From the NCBI GenBank assembly GCA_965649825.1, contig OZ287700.1, positions 1,364,001 through 1,428,000 of the forward strand: a DNA stretch of 64,000 nt, written 5' to 3'. The notes under the pieces are model-generated. The model did not search any database and had not been told where the DNA came from. It was given only the letters and a program-made list of their open reading frames with translations. This document shows, in pieces, positions 1-11,096 of the stretch. A program made the translations under genes and the position numbers. Numbering within the stretch: position 1 is the first letter of the stretch; each line of letters begins with the position of its first letter. The DNA comes from Penicillus capitatus. Its lineage: Eukaryota > Plantae > Chlorophyta.

Positions 1-542
1 CATCCATCCGTTCCAAGACAGATACATCTCGGTGCGAGAGGCAGCACGGATCCAGGTGTACCCGTCTCCCGATCACGTGCCCGCCCATGAGTTCGACGCG
101 CTTGCGGTCGCAGGGGTTCCCCGATGACTACATGTTTGTGGCGCGCGAGCGGCTCTCTTCGTCGACGGACAAGACCGCCAAAAACGTGGCATCGCGATTC
201 AAGCAGATCGGCAACTCCGTGTCGCCGCCGCTCGCTTCCATGATAGGCGAGACGCGGAGCGGCATCCTGGTTTTCTTCATTTCTGCTTCTGACAGGTCGG
301 TGCATCAGAAGGAGCGCGCAAGAGAGGAAAGCGGGGAAGCAGCCGGCTGTGATGCACATTCCGGATCCGCGATGGACGGAGGTGCGATCCGCCCTGCTGT
401 GTGCAGGACGAAGCGTGTTCTGCAGGCCACCAGGAAGGCAACGAAGCCCTGTTTCTTCTACGAAAGCGGAAGAGTGGAGACCGTGATCGAAGTGTCCGAT
501 TTTTTTGACAGCGACCTCGGCGAAGATGTCGATACAGACTGA
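1..542 (+). CDS. C-5 cytosine DNA methyltransferase (DNMT1/MET1/CMT-like), 3' end only; inferred exons <1-55, 114-246, 296-381, 426-542
   Basis: Spliced translation IHPFQDRYISVREAARIQ|GFPDDY...FKQIGNSVSPPLASMIG|RC matches C5-MTase motifs IX (HPxQxRxxSVRExARxQGFPD) and X (QIGNxVxPPLA). Subfamily cannot be resolved from this fragment. Confidence 0.85.
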   Translation, partial: SIRSKTDTSRCERQHGSRCTRLPITCPPMSSTRLRSQGFPDDYMFVARERLSSSTDKTAKNVASRFKQIGNSVSPPLASMIGETRSGILVFFISASDRSVHQKERAREESGEAAGCDAHSGSAMDGGAIRPAVCRTKRVLQATRKATKPCFFYESGRVETVIEVSDFFDSDLGEDVDTD

Positions 543-597
543 GGAGTTGTTCTGTCTGGATGCTTTTGCTGGGGGCAGACTTTTTTTGTTTCGAGTA

Positions 598-1618
598 CTA
601 CTCGCTGTTCGGCTGTAGCGGATTGCACACGATGTTCAATTGCACTCCTTTTACGCATCGCAATGTCGTAGACTCCGATCGGAGCACCGCGCTTCCAAAG
701 TTGCAGGTGGCCTGTGAGCGCGACAGAGTCGAGAGAGCGATGCGTGGCAGAATCGTCGGACCTCTGTCGCTGCAGACCGGCGATTGCGAAAAGGACGGCT
801 CTTGGCGCAAAGCACTCGCACTGCAGTCGACAGAATACGGAAAGATGCCGAAAACCGTGTCATCGAGAAAGAGGAGTGCATTGACAGATCTCGCACTTTC
901 CCAGGTCGGGACAGACGACCATAGCGACACGACGTTCGTTGATCGCATACTGAGTCGTTCTTCGCGGCGGACAACGCGAATGAAATCTCACACCGGGTCA
1001 TGCCCGCTGCTTCAAAAACGGACGTGACCAGAAATTCTTGTCCATATCGCTCAACAGATGTCCGACTTCAAGCATCGTCTCCTCTATTCTCCTGCCTTCG
1101 AACGTAGATTTCTGAACGGGAGCAGGATTGGACTGCCACACTAACTGCGAAGGAATACCAAACGAAGGACCTGCACAAAGATCAGTCGACTGACTCATCG
1201 TCCCCGAGCGGGAGACGAAGACGAGCCTTGACGGATTGGATGAGACGTCGAAGAACCTGTTATCATCGTTTGACCCAATAGATATCGAAGCCTCGATCTT
1301 TGCGTGTTTCACTTGGTCGTTCGTTCGGTTGCCGATGTCCCTCCCGTCCGACATCCGACACGCCGGCCTCCATCTCGTCTGTTTTTTCCAAACTGACAAA
1401 CCAGCGAAAGCGTAACCCGTCAGTCGGAGGCGACACCGTTCCTTTGTCGTGTAGGAATTCATTCGAGAAGAAACGCGACGTGTGACTGAATTCTTTGAAA
1501 GCGGACTCGAGAATAGAATTTCGGTCGTGCAGCATGTCGGTGAATGGTGGGTGGTGTTACTGCGACAGGGATGACGTGACGCCACACTTGCTGTCCTACG
1601 AGAACAGGCATAATTCAA
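598..1618 (-). CDS. possible uncharacterised gene
   Basis: Consecutive minus-strand ORFs 998-1618 and 598-948 read as plausible protein; no recognised motif. Confidence 0.25.
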
Positions 1619-1687
1619 TTAAAGATATCTCATTCGGTTACACACCTCTCTCTACGCACCGACTACTCGCGCTTTTCGTCTTTTGCT

Positions 1688-3262
1688 GTGATGGGCCAGA
1701 AGTTGACAAAAGAGCCAAAAACCGATTCATGGTCTTTGCCGCCTTTGGTAGTCGATAAAGTCGTTTTCGTACTTAAGCAAACGCGAAGATGGAGACTGGA
1801 CGGTCCGTCGCTGAGATTGCTCAACAAGCAATGGTCTCGCCTCATCGACCAGCACATCTTCGAAGTCCGTCCGCACCCTGTCCGTCGTCTCGTCGTTGAA
1901 GATATCGCGTCGTTGCGAAAGTTTGCACGGCTGACGTCTCTGGATGTTGGACCTTTTATCCTTCCGGACGTCAAACCGTTGATTTCACTGGCATCTGCCG
2001 AAACCAGTACCATTAAATATAAAGAGGAGCATTTCTCTATGGACTATGACATCCTAAGAGTTGTCGATATTCTCCTGCAACTTCCAAAGCTATCTCATCT
2101 CGAAGTGGGGGCGAGCCTCGTCCGTAGACTTGACGGCCGTTACAGTTTCTTACATATAGCATGGACTGCACTTGAATCTGTCACATCGTTGTTCATCTAC
2201 AACGACGTCAATTTCAAAATCTATGGAACCAGTCCGTCAAACGCGTTTGGCTTTCTCAAAGGAGCCGAGGAGAGAGATCCAGTGCGCCTGGCGGAGGTGA
2301 CATCTTTTGTCTCTCTGTTCCCTCGCATTAGAAACGTAGAGATGGCTATCAGCGACAAGGAAATCAGATTATTTGAGGGTCTGTATCTTTTGAACAAAAT
2401 CAACGGATTGAAGCTCCTCGTCGAGGGATCCAGTCGGTTCATCTGCTCTATCTCCAACCCAACAGCCATCGTGGGAATTGCTTTGACTGGAGAGGCTCCA
2501 AAAACTCTCGACTTTTTGATTCCGTTCGAGCGCCTCGAGACCCTAAAGATCAATGCCCTCCTCAACCTACGCGACGAAGCCACAGTTAGCGTTTGCAAAC
2601 GCCTGACGTCTTTGACGCTATGCGGCGGCTGGAATTCTCCCTGCTTTATTTCGCACGATTGCTTCGATGTCTTTGATCAACTGCGAGATCTGACTTTAAA
2701 TGGTGTTTCTTTATATGGGGCGCATCTTAAGGGAAAGTTACTCAATCTGACATCATTGGCATTCTCGTGCTCGGTAGAAGACGGTTGCCTCTCCTTCCTG
2801 GCAGATATGGAAAACCTCAGACACTTGAGTCTCGGTCATATGCATGATGGCGATAAACAATCGATGACGCATTATCTAAGCGATCTCAGATTGCCGCAAG
2901 CTGTACGTTCTCTGTACTTGTACAATGTGTCCAATTGTACCCTGTCTTGCATTGCCAGACTGACGCAGCTTGAAGCTGTTTTCGTGAATTTTGATAGTGG
3001 GACACAGGACGGTATCTCACATGTGGAAAGTCTTTCAGCGCTGCGAGTTCTGGGCTTTTCTGCCTTACCGTTACGTAATCAGCCCCCCATCGATGAGTTG
3101 TTGTCTCCTAATCTCTTGACCAGACTTGAGAGGATCTTCTTGAATGACTGGAAGTCCAGTAAGAAACGCATGCGCAAGATCTTGAGTGAGAAGGCGCCAA
3201 GGCTGATTGTGGAATTCAAATGCATGGATCGTCATTTTGCTCGAAACAGAGGCATTTTCTAG
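1688..3262 (+). CDS. F-box-like/leucine-rich repeat protein, intronless, 524 aa
   Basis: N-terminal LPPLVVDKV...LRLLNKQWSRLI (F-box-like) followed by LxxLxxLxL repeats (LTSLDV, LSHLEV, LETLKI, LRDLTL, LTSLAF, LRHLSL, LRVLGF). Confidence 0.75.
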   Translation: MMGQKLTKEPKTDSWSLPPLVVDKVVFVLKQTRRWRLDGPSLRLLNKQWSRLIDQHIFEVRPHPVRRLVVEDIASLRKFARLTSLDVGPFILPDVKPLISLASAETSTIKYKEEHFSMDYDILRVVDILLQLPKLSHLEVGASLVRRLDGRYSFLHIAWTALESVTSLFIYNDVNFKIYGTSPSNAFGFLKGAEERDPVRLAEVTSFVSLFPRIRNVEMAISDKEIRLFEGLYLLNKINGLKLLVEGSSRFICSISNPTAIVGIALTGEAPKTLDFLIPFERLETLKINALLNLRDEATVSVCKRLTSLTLCGGWNSPCFISHDCFDVFDQLRDLTLNGVSLYGAHLKGKLLNLTSLAFSCSVEDGCLSFLADMENLRHLSLGHMHDGDKQSMTHYLSDLRLPQAVRSLYLYNVSNCTLSCIARLTQLEAVFVNFDSGTQDGISHVESLSALRVLGFSALPLRNQPPIDELLSPNLLTRLERIFLNDWKSSKKRMRKILSEKAPRLIVEFKCMDRHFARNRGIF

Positions 3263-3644
3263 CTTAGTTGTCTGTCAGAATGGGACGGTTCATTGTCGTC
3301 TCTGTTGTCTATACTAGAAGCATTGAATGAAATCTAGATGAAACCTCTAACCTCATACTTGGATCATTTTATTGAAATGACATCATTGCGCACGTCGTCT
3401 CGCATCAATCGCGATGCTGAGAGTCTTTCTGACAGCAACGCGTCACTCCGCGCCGCCTACCGTTGACGACTCTATCATATTGCGCAATGCATACTACAGC
3501 AGCAGAGCTACGCAGGTCATGGACACAGTCGATAGATTGGCAAGACTTTGACAATGTACATGGACGCCTTTCGCGGTATCTGTAGAAGAAATCTTTACAA
3601 TCGTGAAAACGAATGGTTTTACAAGAATATTGTATGTGAGACGG

Positions 3645-4594
3645 TTAACCGGCAAAACGCGTGAGTCGAAGATTGATCTCACAAGGAACACACTTTGAGG
3701 ATGTCTGAAACGGCAAGAGTGCTGCTTCTGCCACATCCTCTGGATCCAACATTCTATCCGGGTTCGCCGTCGATGAACGCCTACCACAACGCAACGCATT
3801 CTCGCATCATCCGATATGCACGATGATGGCGAGCGAGCGAGCTCACGTGACGAAATCTGTCCGAACCATTCCTGGACTGATGATGCACACTTTGATGTTG
3901 TGATTCCTGAGTTCTTGATAACGTGAGAGCGTCCAGCCACGCAGTGCCCATTTCGAACTGGCGTACGCTGCAGCCCACGTCATCGGTTCAAGGCCAGCCA
4001 CAGAACCTGCAGATCTGCTGTCACATCAGCACGTGATGGCATAGTGGCAGCTGACCAATGTTTATGATAGCACCGTCCTCTTGCTCCACCATCTTCGGCG
4101 CAAGCATGTTCATCAGTGTCATGGGAGCAACCACGTTTACTTGCAACATCTGAATCCGAATCGCAAGTTTCAGAAAGATCGAGCGAAAGAGGCCTGCGAG
4201 CTATTTGCTGACCTGATTCCACTCTTCGGGCTTTCCCTGAAGACATTGATTGCCACTGGGCGATATGATCCCAGCGTTGTTCACCAACACGTCAATCGTG
4301 CCGTGTCTCTCCAAGGCGTGCTGAACGATCGAGAGGAAAGGGTGAGATACGACGCTGGTAAAGTGGACCTACGTTTGCGACGTTCTGGACATCGGCTGCG
4401 ACGGAGAGATCCGCTGCGTATGTCTCACAGAGTGGCGACCCCTCCGTGCGGCATCTCTCGGCCACTGCATCGAGCAGTTCTTTCGTACGAGAGACAAGAA
4501 ACAAAGTCGCTCCTTCCTTGGCGTAAGACAGAGCAATGGCTTCGCCGATTCCACGCGAAGCGCCGGTGACCAAACAGCGTTTTCCAGCCAACAT
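3645..4594 (-). CDS. short-chain dehydrogenase/reductase (SDR), copy 1, intact
   Basis: TGASRGIG cofactor motif, DVLVNNAG, INIGS, catalytic YASSK; GT-AG introns; ends LRLTRFAG-TAA. Confidence 0.9.
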
Positions 4595-5059
4595 CGAATT
4601 CCAAAGCGGCGGACGGTGATTCGTGCACGCAACGACGACCTTTATTCTTGTGCCAAGGATTACCTAATCATGCCGTTCCTGTCCGCAACTTCGTCTTCCG
4701 TGCGCCTCTGCTGCTGGACAGGTGTCGACAGAACCCTTCCGAACAGAACGCCTTTTGAAGCAGAAAGGGACGGATAACCGTTTTCAGCGACGCGAGGATG
4801 GCAGGAAGGCGCACGGCACACGCCGAATGCTGCACCGATCCTCAGTCAATGCCACGCAAGCACTCGCCACGTCTGGTGCTTTCGAGACATGTTGTGCTGC
4901 TTGGGTGTTTAGATGAGCAAAACCCTCGACGCGTCCTTTAAACATTGTTTTCACAAGGAGGAGCCCGCCCAATATATGGGACGGCTAAAAAACCTCCTCT
5001 GCAGTAGAGATCACAAAATTGAATGGCCCTGAGGTCATACGAGTCTGTCCATGACAGCT

Positions 5060-5998
5060 CTACTCTGCGAATCGAGTCAGACGCAACGTGATCTCACTCG
5101 GCACACATTTTGATGTTGTCCGAAATGGCAAGAGTGCCGCTTCTGCCACATCTTCAGGCTCCATCTTGCGATCTGCTATGCCCTTCTCAAACTTCCTGCT
5201 GCAAAGATCCCATCGACGAATCGATATGAAAGAGGACACACCCGGAGAATCCTGTACGGACGTAGGCTGGATGAATGAGGCAGACTTTGACATTGTAGTT
5301 TCGCAGTTCCTGATAGCACGAGAGTGTCTAGCCACGCAACGCCCATTTCGAACAGGCATAGGCCGCACGAGTGGTCATCGGTTCAATCCCGGCCACAGAC
5401 CCTATAACAACAACATCACCCTTCACGCGTCCATATACATCGCCTCCGTCGCGTCATACCCGTGTTGATTACTACTCCATCTTCCTGTTCGACCATCTTT
5501 GGCACTAACATATGCATCAGGATCATCGGAGCCATGACGTTTGCTTGAAGCATCTAATGCACAAAATCTCTTTCTGCCTGTCTATTCGTGATAGTTGACT
5601 TGATTCTACTCTTCTGGATCGCCCTTTAGACATTGTCCTCCACTTGGCGTTCCTACGCCGGCATTGTTCACCAACACATCCACTGTCCCGTATCGCTCGA
5701 GAGCGTGCTATAGAGAAGACGCCGTGGCTGGATTCAAAGCTATTAGTGCGTGATATACGTTCGCCACTTTGTTAACCTCGGCGCGAACGGAGAGATCCGC
5801 CGCAAAGGTATCGCACACTGGAGCACCTGCTCTGCGACATCTTTCTCCAGCAGCGTCAAGCGCCCTTTGGTTGCGGGACACGAGAAGAAGTTTTGCACGT
5901 TCTTTGGCATACGCCAAGGATATCGCCTCGCCGATTCCACGCGAAGCACCCGTTATTAAACACTGTTTATGCGCCAACATTCCCAGTCTGTTGTCCAA
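5060..5998 (-). pseudogene. SDR copy 2 (tandem paralog) with two in-frame TAG codons at Trp positions; pseudogene or recoded/edited gene
   Basis: TGASRGIG, VNNAG and YACSK are present, with matching intron positions wherever they could be aligned to copy 1 and no frameshift. TAG at 5606-5608 (EE*NQ vs EEWNQ) and 5328-5330 (LRG*TL vs LRGWTL). Confidence 0.8.
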
Positions 5999-6030
5999 CT
6001 GTTCGTTCAGCCGTTATATCCCAACGCCTT

Positions 6031-8021
6031 TCAAACATCCTCAGAATCGGAGGCCCACGCTTTTTTATGCCGCTCTCGACTTCTGGCTCCCATCTCTGAG
6101 GCAACAAAGACATTGCTATCACGGACGATGCTGCGCACCACTGTACCGTTCTTCGTCACCGACATCCCATCGGTGACGATCTCCATGATCGGCTTCAGCT
6201 TCGCACGAAGGCATTCGATTTGCTCTAACAGCGACTCTTGAACGCGTTTCTACAATACAAACACCCGAAGAGATCGGTCAAGCGCGTCATCGTGTCGAAC
6301 CTTTGCCTCTAACAGTGACGCTTTCTCAGATTCGAGGCTCGTGTTCTCGAGTTTGAGCGAACGCATCTCTCGATCCTTTTCGGCCACGTCGGATCGCAGA
6401 TCGGCCAATTCTTCCGTCAGCAATTCCACCTGGACCGTTCATGCGTATCACTCTTCGAGAAGCTGTCAACGAAACGGACAACCTGGATTTCGAGATTGCC
6501 TTCGGACGTTGACCGTAAGGCAGATTTCTTATATTCGGCGTCGCGGGCAGCAGACTCTCGCAACGTTTCGAATTTCCTTTCCTCGCGGAGCTCTTGTAGC
6601 GCCTCTTCTCTTCTTGACCGCTCACGTGACAGCTGCTCTTGAGCCAAGGCATCGCGTCTCTTTAGCAAGTCCTTCAAAGCAGGATCCTCTCACACGTGCT
6701 CACTCTTGGCGCTGTCTCCGACGCAAACCTTGAGGCATCGAATGTGGTCGTCTTTTCTTCGCAAGCTCTCGGCCGCTCGGCTCTTCCATTTCTCTTTCTC
6801 GATTGATATCTCCGTTTTCAGTTTCATCAAACTGTCGCCCGAATCCTCTTCGAGTGTCTTCACCTTTATGGCAGAGAAATCGACGCGAGACTCCACAGAA
6901 CAAGGATGATGGACCTGTCTTTCCAGCCGATGTATGGCATCATCTTTAAACCCTATCTCTTGTCGTGCGCACTGAAGTTCTCTCGTGAGTTTCTCCTTCG
7001 TCCGTTCCGCCTCGTCCCGTTCATTCGTCGCTCGGCACCACCGTCGATAGTTCTCTTTACTGTCTCGCTCGGCAAACTTCAGATCATCACGCAGCGCCGA
7101 AACCGTATCGCAATCGGTCGTCTGTACACCATACGTTGCTCAAGAGCACATTCAAAGCGGAGAACGAACGCACTACATGTCGAATGCTGTCTTCGTGTGA
7201 ATTGCTTTTCCTACGGCAGCGACACTCCTTTTCGACTTCGGACAGGCGGCCGGCTAATCGCACGCAATCTTCTTCGCCCTTTCGTCCGACACAAAGCGCA
7301 TCAATTCTGTGTATGATGTGACGTCTCACACTTTGGCGACGGCGTAGAGCAGACGACTGTGGATGTCGGAATTACCGTTTGCGGAAAGCTCGTTCGCTTT
7401 GAGGCTCAATGCCCGTCGAACAATGGAATTCTCTTTGGCTTGATCTTCGCATTTGCACCGGAGGCTCTCGCATTTGCATTTTTCTTTTTCCAATTCTGAC
7501 CGAAGCTCCCGTACCTGTATCAAAGTATGTTGCACTCTGCCATTCCTTCACATCTGATTCTCCATACCTGTGATTTGAGAACATCACAACGTATCTGCCA
7601 CTCTTTGCTGTCGCCACCGTAGACGAGATCCCGTTCGAGACTTCGTTTTTCGCTCATAATGTCGGTCACTCTTTTCTATACGCGAAAAAAGTGACAGACA
7701 GCGTGTGCCTGGTCGATGCACACTTCGAGCCTCTTCTTCTCGGACACCATTCGTGCACAGGTGTGATTCGCCAATTCCAACTCGCGACATCTCTGTGCAT
7801 CCGCGCGCTTAAACGTGCGCACTGTTCTCTGCAGCTCTTCCACCTTCTCCTCGGCGCTCAAATGCTTCCGCGTCAAATGCTATTCGAAACAGGCTCTCGT
7901 CAGAACGACCAGTAGTCGTGAACGCAACCTTTAAATCCGTCTCCAGTGCATCCGTCTGGCTTTCCAGGCGTTTCTGTGTGCGTCTTCCCGCCTCGTCCAT
8001 CTTCAGACGCGTCGTCGTCAC
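6031..8021 (-). CDS. multi-exon coiled-coil protein, unknown function
   Basis: E/K/R/L-rich heptad exons (e.g. LSRERSRREEALQELREERKFETLRE); last exon ends WASDSEDV-TGA. Start uncertain. Confidence 0.6.
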
Positions 8022-8322
8022 TCACGCGTTAGGTGAAAGAGTGAGACTCAATGCTCTTTGAAAAAATACGTCTGGTCGTCGTGCACGGCACCCAATATAC
8101 TCATCCGTTGCGCTCGACCGAGGCTCACAAGGGATGGCGGAGACACGTCGGACGAACCGAGGTTTTTGTTCGAGGCCGGCGTCGCCTTCGAGAGTGATCC
8201 CCGAGACGTGCGCAATGGACGCCGTTACGTTGCGGCCGTCGACATATCGATAAACGGCTGCGGCGTGGACAAGATGTCACATCAACAGTAAGCAAACATA
8301 AAGAGTGAGCAAGACACGTTCT

Positions 8323-9950
8323 CTACCCTTCTTTTGACGCTCGAGAGGCTCTCAGCTTCTCCTTTCTTCTTGCCACGGACTCGGAGTGGCGCTCCTTTGC
8401 CTCTTTCACGCGTTTTACCACCAAAGCGTGATACTCCTCGATCTGGGAACGCACCTAGAGGCATCCCATCTGTGTCAGTTGGGTCAACGGAGCATGACAT
8501 CATCGTCATCTTGATAGACAGACGATTTCAGAAACACCACCAATCATCACACACGCCTGCGCTCAGGTGGGTGAATCTAACGAATCATCAACGAGTGCGT
8601 CATATAATGCGCATTCATCCAGGCGCAGTAAAGGAAAGAGCCATTCTCAGAAAAGTAGGTCACTGGAGATCCACATCTCATCATTCAGATCGTGTCGTAT
8701 GGAATCATCATAGACGCTCTCTTCTCAGACAACAGCAGAGAATACCGTTTGCGTTTCTCACCTTCTCTCTGTGTTTTCGAATCGTCTTCAGTTTGTCTTT
8801 TCTTCTTCGGATGACTCTCGGCGTGACTAGTCTCTGAATCTTTGGCGTTTTGTAATAGACCTTGCCATTCTTCTCGATCTTGCGCGAGTAGGCTTTCACA
8901 TATCGCTTTAGATTATCTTCTTTTGTCAAATTGAAGAGCTTTCGGATCTTGGTCGCGCGTTTCGGTCCACGTAAACGCGGCCGTTCTGTATCGGTAACGC
9001 CAGGGAGATCCTTTTCGCCTAACAGCCACAAAATGTGTGAGAAATGTGCGCACACTTATGACGCCAGCAGGTGTTGCCTTTTCGGACGATTTTGAGATTG
9101 ATCACCGAGAGATCGGGACTGAGAATGGCACCGCGGACAGATTTTCGGCGTCGTTCTCCGTCACGGCGACCGTATCCCTTAAAGCATTTATCACCCCGAT
9201 TCAGCAACAGTCGAACACGTCCATTCGTCAAGACGCCCTAGAATTCTCCCCCAGACACAATTCACACCATCTCACATGCGTCAGCAATTTCTGACCTGTT
9301 TCATGGGAAAGCCTTGCTTGTCCACACCGCCCGTCACTTTCAAAACATAGCCATTGAATTCCTAATCGCACACATGCTGTTTTGGGTATCGTGCGTGAGG
9401 GGGTCAGTTGAAAGAAGACAGATCGAGAAGACATCACGGAGTGAGATCATTGTTCATAGCTTGACTTCAGAGCGCACGCAACATCATTCCCTTTTGACTG
9501 AGGTCAGCTGGAGCAAGGCTGTGCTTTCATCAAAAGCGTCAGAAACGCAGAGCGATATCATCCTCCCTCACGCATGCAGGGCAACGGGTCAGACAGAGAG
9601 TGAAAACGTCACATCAAGAAGCACAAAGCCTTTCAGCATCTGCAAGGAAATGCAGCTCATCATCCCCAACGCGCAACCATCCTCGAAAAGCGTCTATATG
9701 AACATCTCCCTCCTCTCACCTCTCCAAGGGCTCCTCCTTCAATTTCGGCGCCGAGGCGCTTGTCATAGAAAACACGCCTGCGAACAAACACACTCTTTGT
9801 CGAATGCACAGGAAAAGATGTGTGGTACAGCTTGGTCTCGTCTTCGATCTCGATCTTCTGCTGACATCCCGTCAAGGGATACGATATGTTCAGCTACACA
9901 GCACATCGGACTCGCCCTTGTCCATCTCTTCTCGCTTGCCGAACCTTCAT
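8323..9950 (-). CDS. RPS6: 40S ribosomal protein S6 (eS6)
   Basis: MK|[22 protein letters not shown]|[14 protein letters not shown]...GFPMKQ...[18 protein letters not shown]...PKIQRLVTP; last exon [22 protein letters not shown]. Confidence 0.97.
8471..8716 (-). ncRNA. putative cluster of about 3 box C/D snoRNAs in the last RPS6 intron (8443-8761)
   Basis: Three C...D'...C'...D arrangements: ATGATGA 8705-8711/CTGA 8647-8650; TGGATGA 8615-8621/CTGA 8563-8566 with a CTGCGC/GCGCAG terminal stem; GTGATGA 8544-8550/CTGA 8475-8478. The intron is 319 nt against about 55 typical. Confidence 0.65.
9400..9667 (-). ncRNA. putative cluster of about 3 box C/D snoRNAs in RPS6 intron 9362-9719
   Basis: ATGATGA 9657-9663/CTGA 9589-9592 (GGG/CCC stem); AGGATGA 9558-9564/CTGA 9504-9507 (TGAGG/CCTCA stem); ATGATGT 9481-9487/CTGA 9404-9407. 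Each has internal CTGA and TGATG(A) boxes. The intron is 358 nt. Confidence 0.65.
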
Positions 9951-10071
9951 GGCGTCGCACTCAGACGCGCCTTATCGATCTTTGTCGTTTCTCGACGCCG
10001 CCGGCACGAATGATGGATATGGATGGGTGGCATCTTTCTTGATGATGTGACAGTCGTGACATCAGTGGAGG

Positions 10072-10823
10072 ATGTCGGATGCCATGCGTTTTCGCCCACT
10101 GGAACCCCGAGACAGACCTCAACTCAAAGTATCCGTCACGCAGGAGATGGTGGTCATGACCTGTGCATCAGGCAGCCCATCATGAGCTCTTTCCAATCGA
10201 CTACGATGACAAGTTCTTTCACCTTGCCTGCCGACGCTGCTCTGAGTTGCCTTCCATTCATCCGACGGCCCAGAGTGGCAACACCTGTCTTGGCCTCTAG
10301 GATTTTCTCCGTCGCCGTTTTCTATGGAGAGGGCGAGGAGTTGGTGGGATTTGCCATTGGCAGGACATTACAGATTTCGAAGATGGAGTCGATGGAACGC
10401 TCACGTCTAGGGATTCTGGATGCCAATTGGAATCCATACCATGCCGCCTATGTTCTGACCCTCGGCGTGCTGAAGAAATGGCAGAAGCAGGGGGTGGCAT
10501 CCGAACTGATCGCCCGATTCGAGCTGGAAGCAAAATGGCAGGGTGCTCAGTTCGTCTTCCTCCATGTGATTACTTACAACGAAGCAGCGATTCATCTGTA
10601 CCAAAAATTCAGCTATGTCTGCAAGACCCGATTGCATAACTTCTATCACATCCGCACTGGAAGACAGCCTGAGCCGCGAAGATGGAAATGGGATGCCTTT
10701 CTCTTTGTGAAGTGGATGGTGGAGGACAAAGATATCGAGAACATGCAGCAGGAAGTGCACCAGACGTGTCTTGGATGGAACTTCTGCTTTCCATTCAATG
10801 CAAAGTGCGGGAACGTGATGTGA
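10072..10823 (+). CDS. NAA60: N-alpha-acetyltransferase 60-like (GNAT)
   Basis: FRPLEPRDRPQLK|AAHHELFPIDYDDKFF; YVLTLGVLKKWQKQGVAS acetyl-CoA motif; VFLHVITYNEAAIHLYQKFSY. Confidence 0.8.
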
Positions 10824-11096
10824 CGTTTGGGAGACGTACGTCACCATGCATGTGTGATTCAGGAAGTTGTTTTTTGAGTGGCTGCGTGACATAGAGACGT
10901 CCTGGCAGGAGTCAACCCAATCGAATGATATGCACCTTCCTGAGAGCAGTTCTCTATTTCATCGATTGTTCTGCAGGCAGAAGTGAGATATCGACCGAGT
11001 GGTCGCCCTCGCGACAGACAGACGCATTTAACTCGATTATGACCATCTGAGTGCGGATACGTGTCGTCGTCTAAACGCATTCATCCGTGTGACACG

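Noticed and set aside
5060-5998. Fungal RIP-like CpA-to-TpA hypermutation of the SDR duplicate
   Set aside because: Only two other CAC-to-TAC differences were seen against copy 1; ATG, CAA and CAG codons are preserved, so there is no dense RIP signature.
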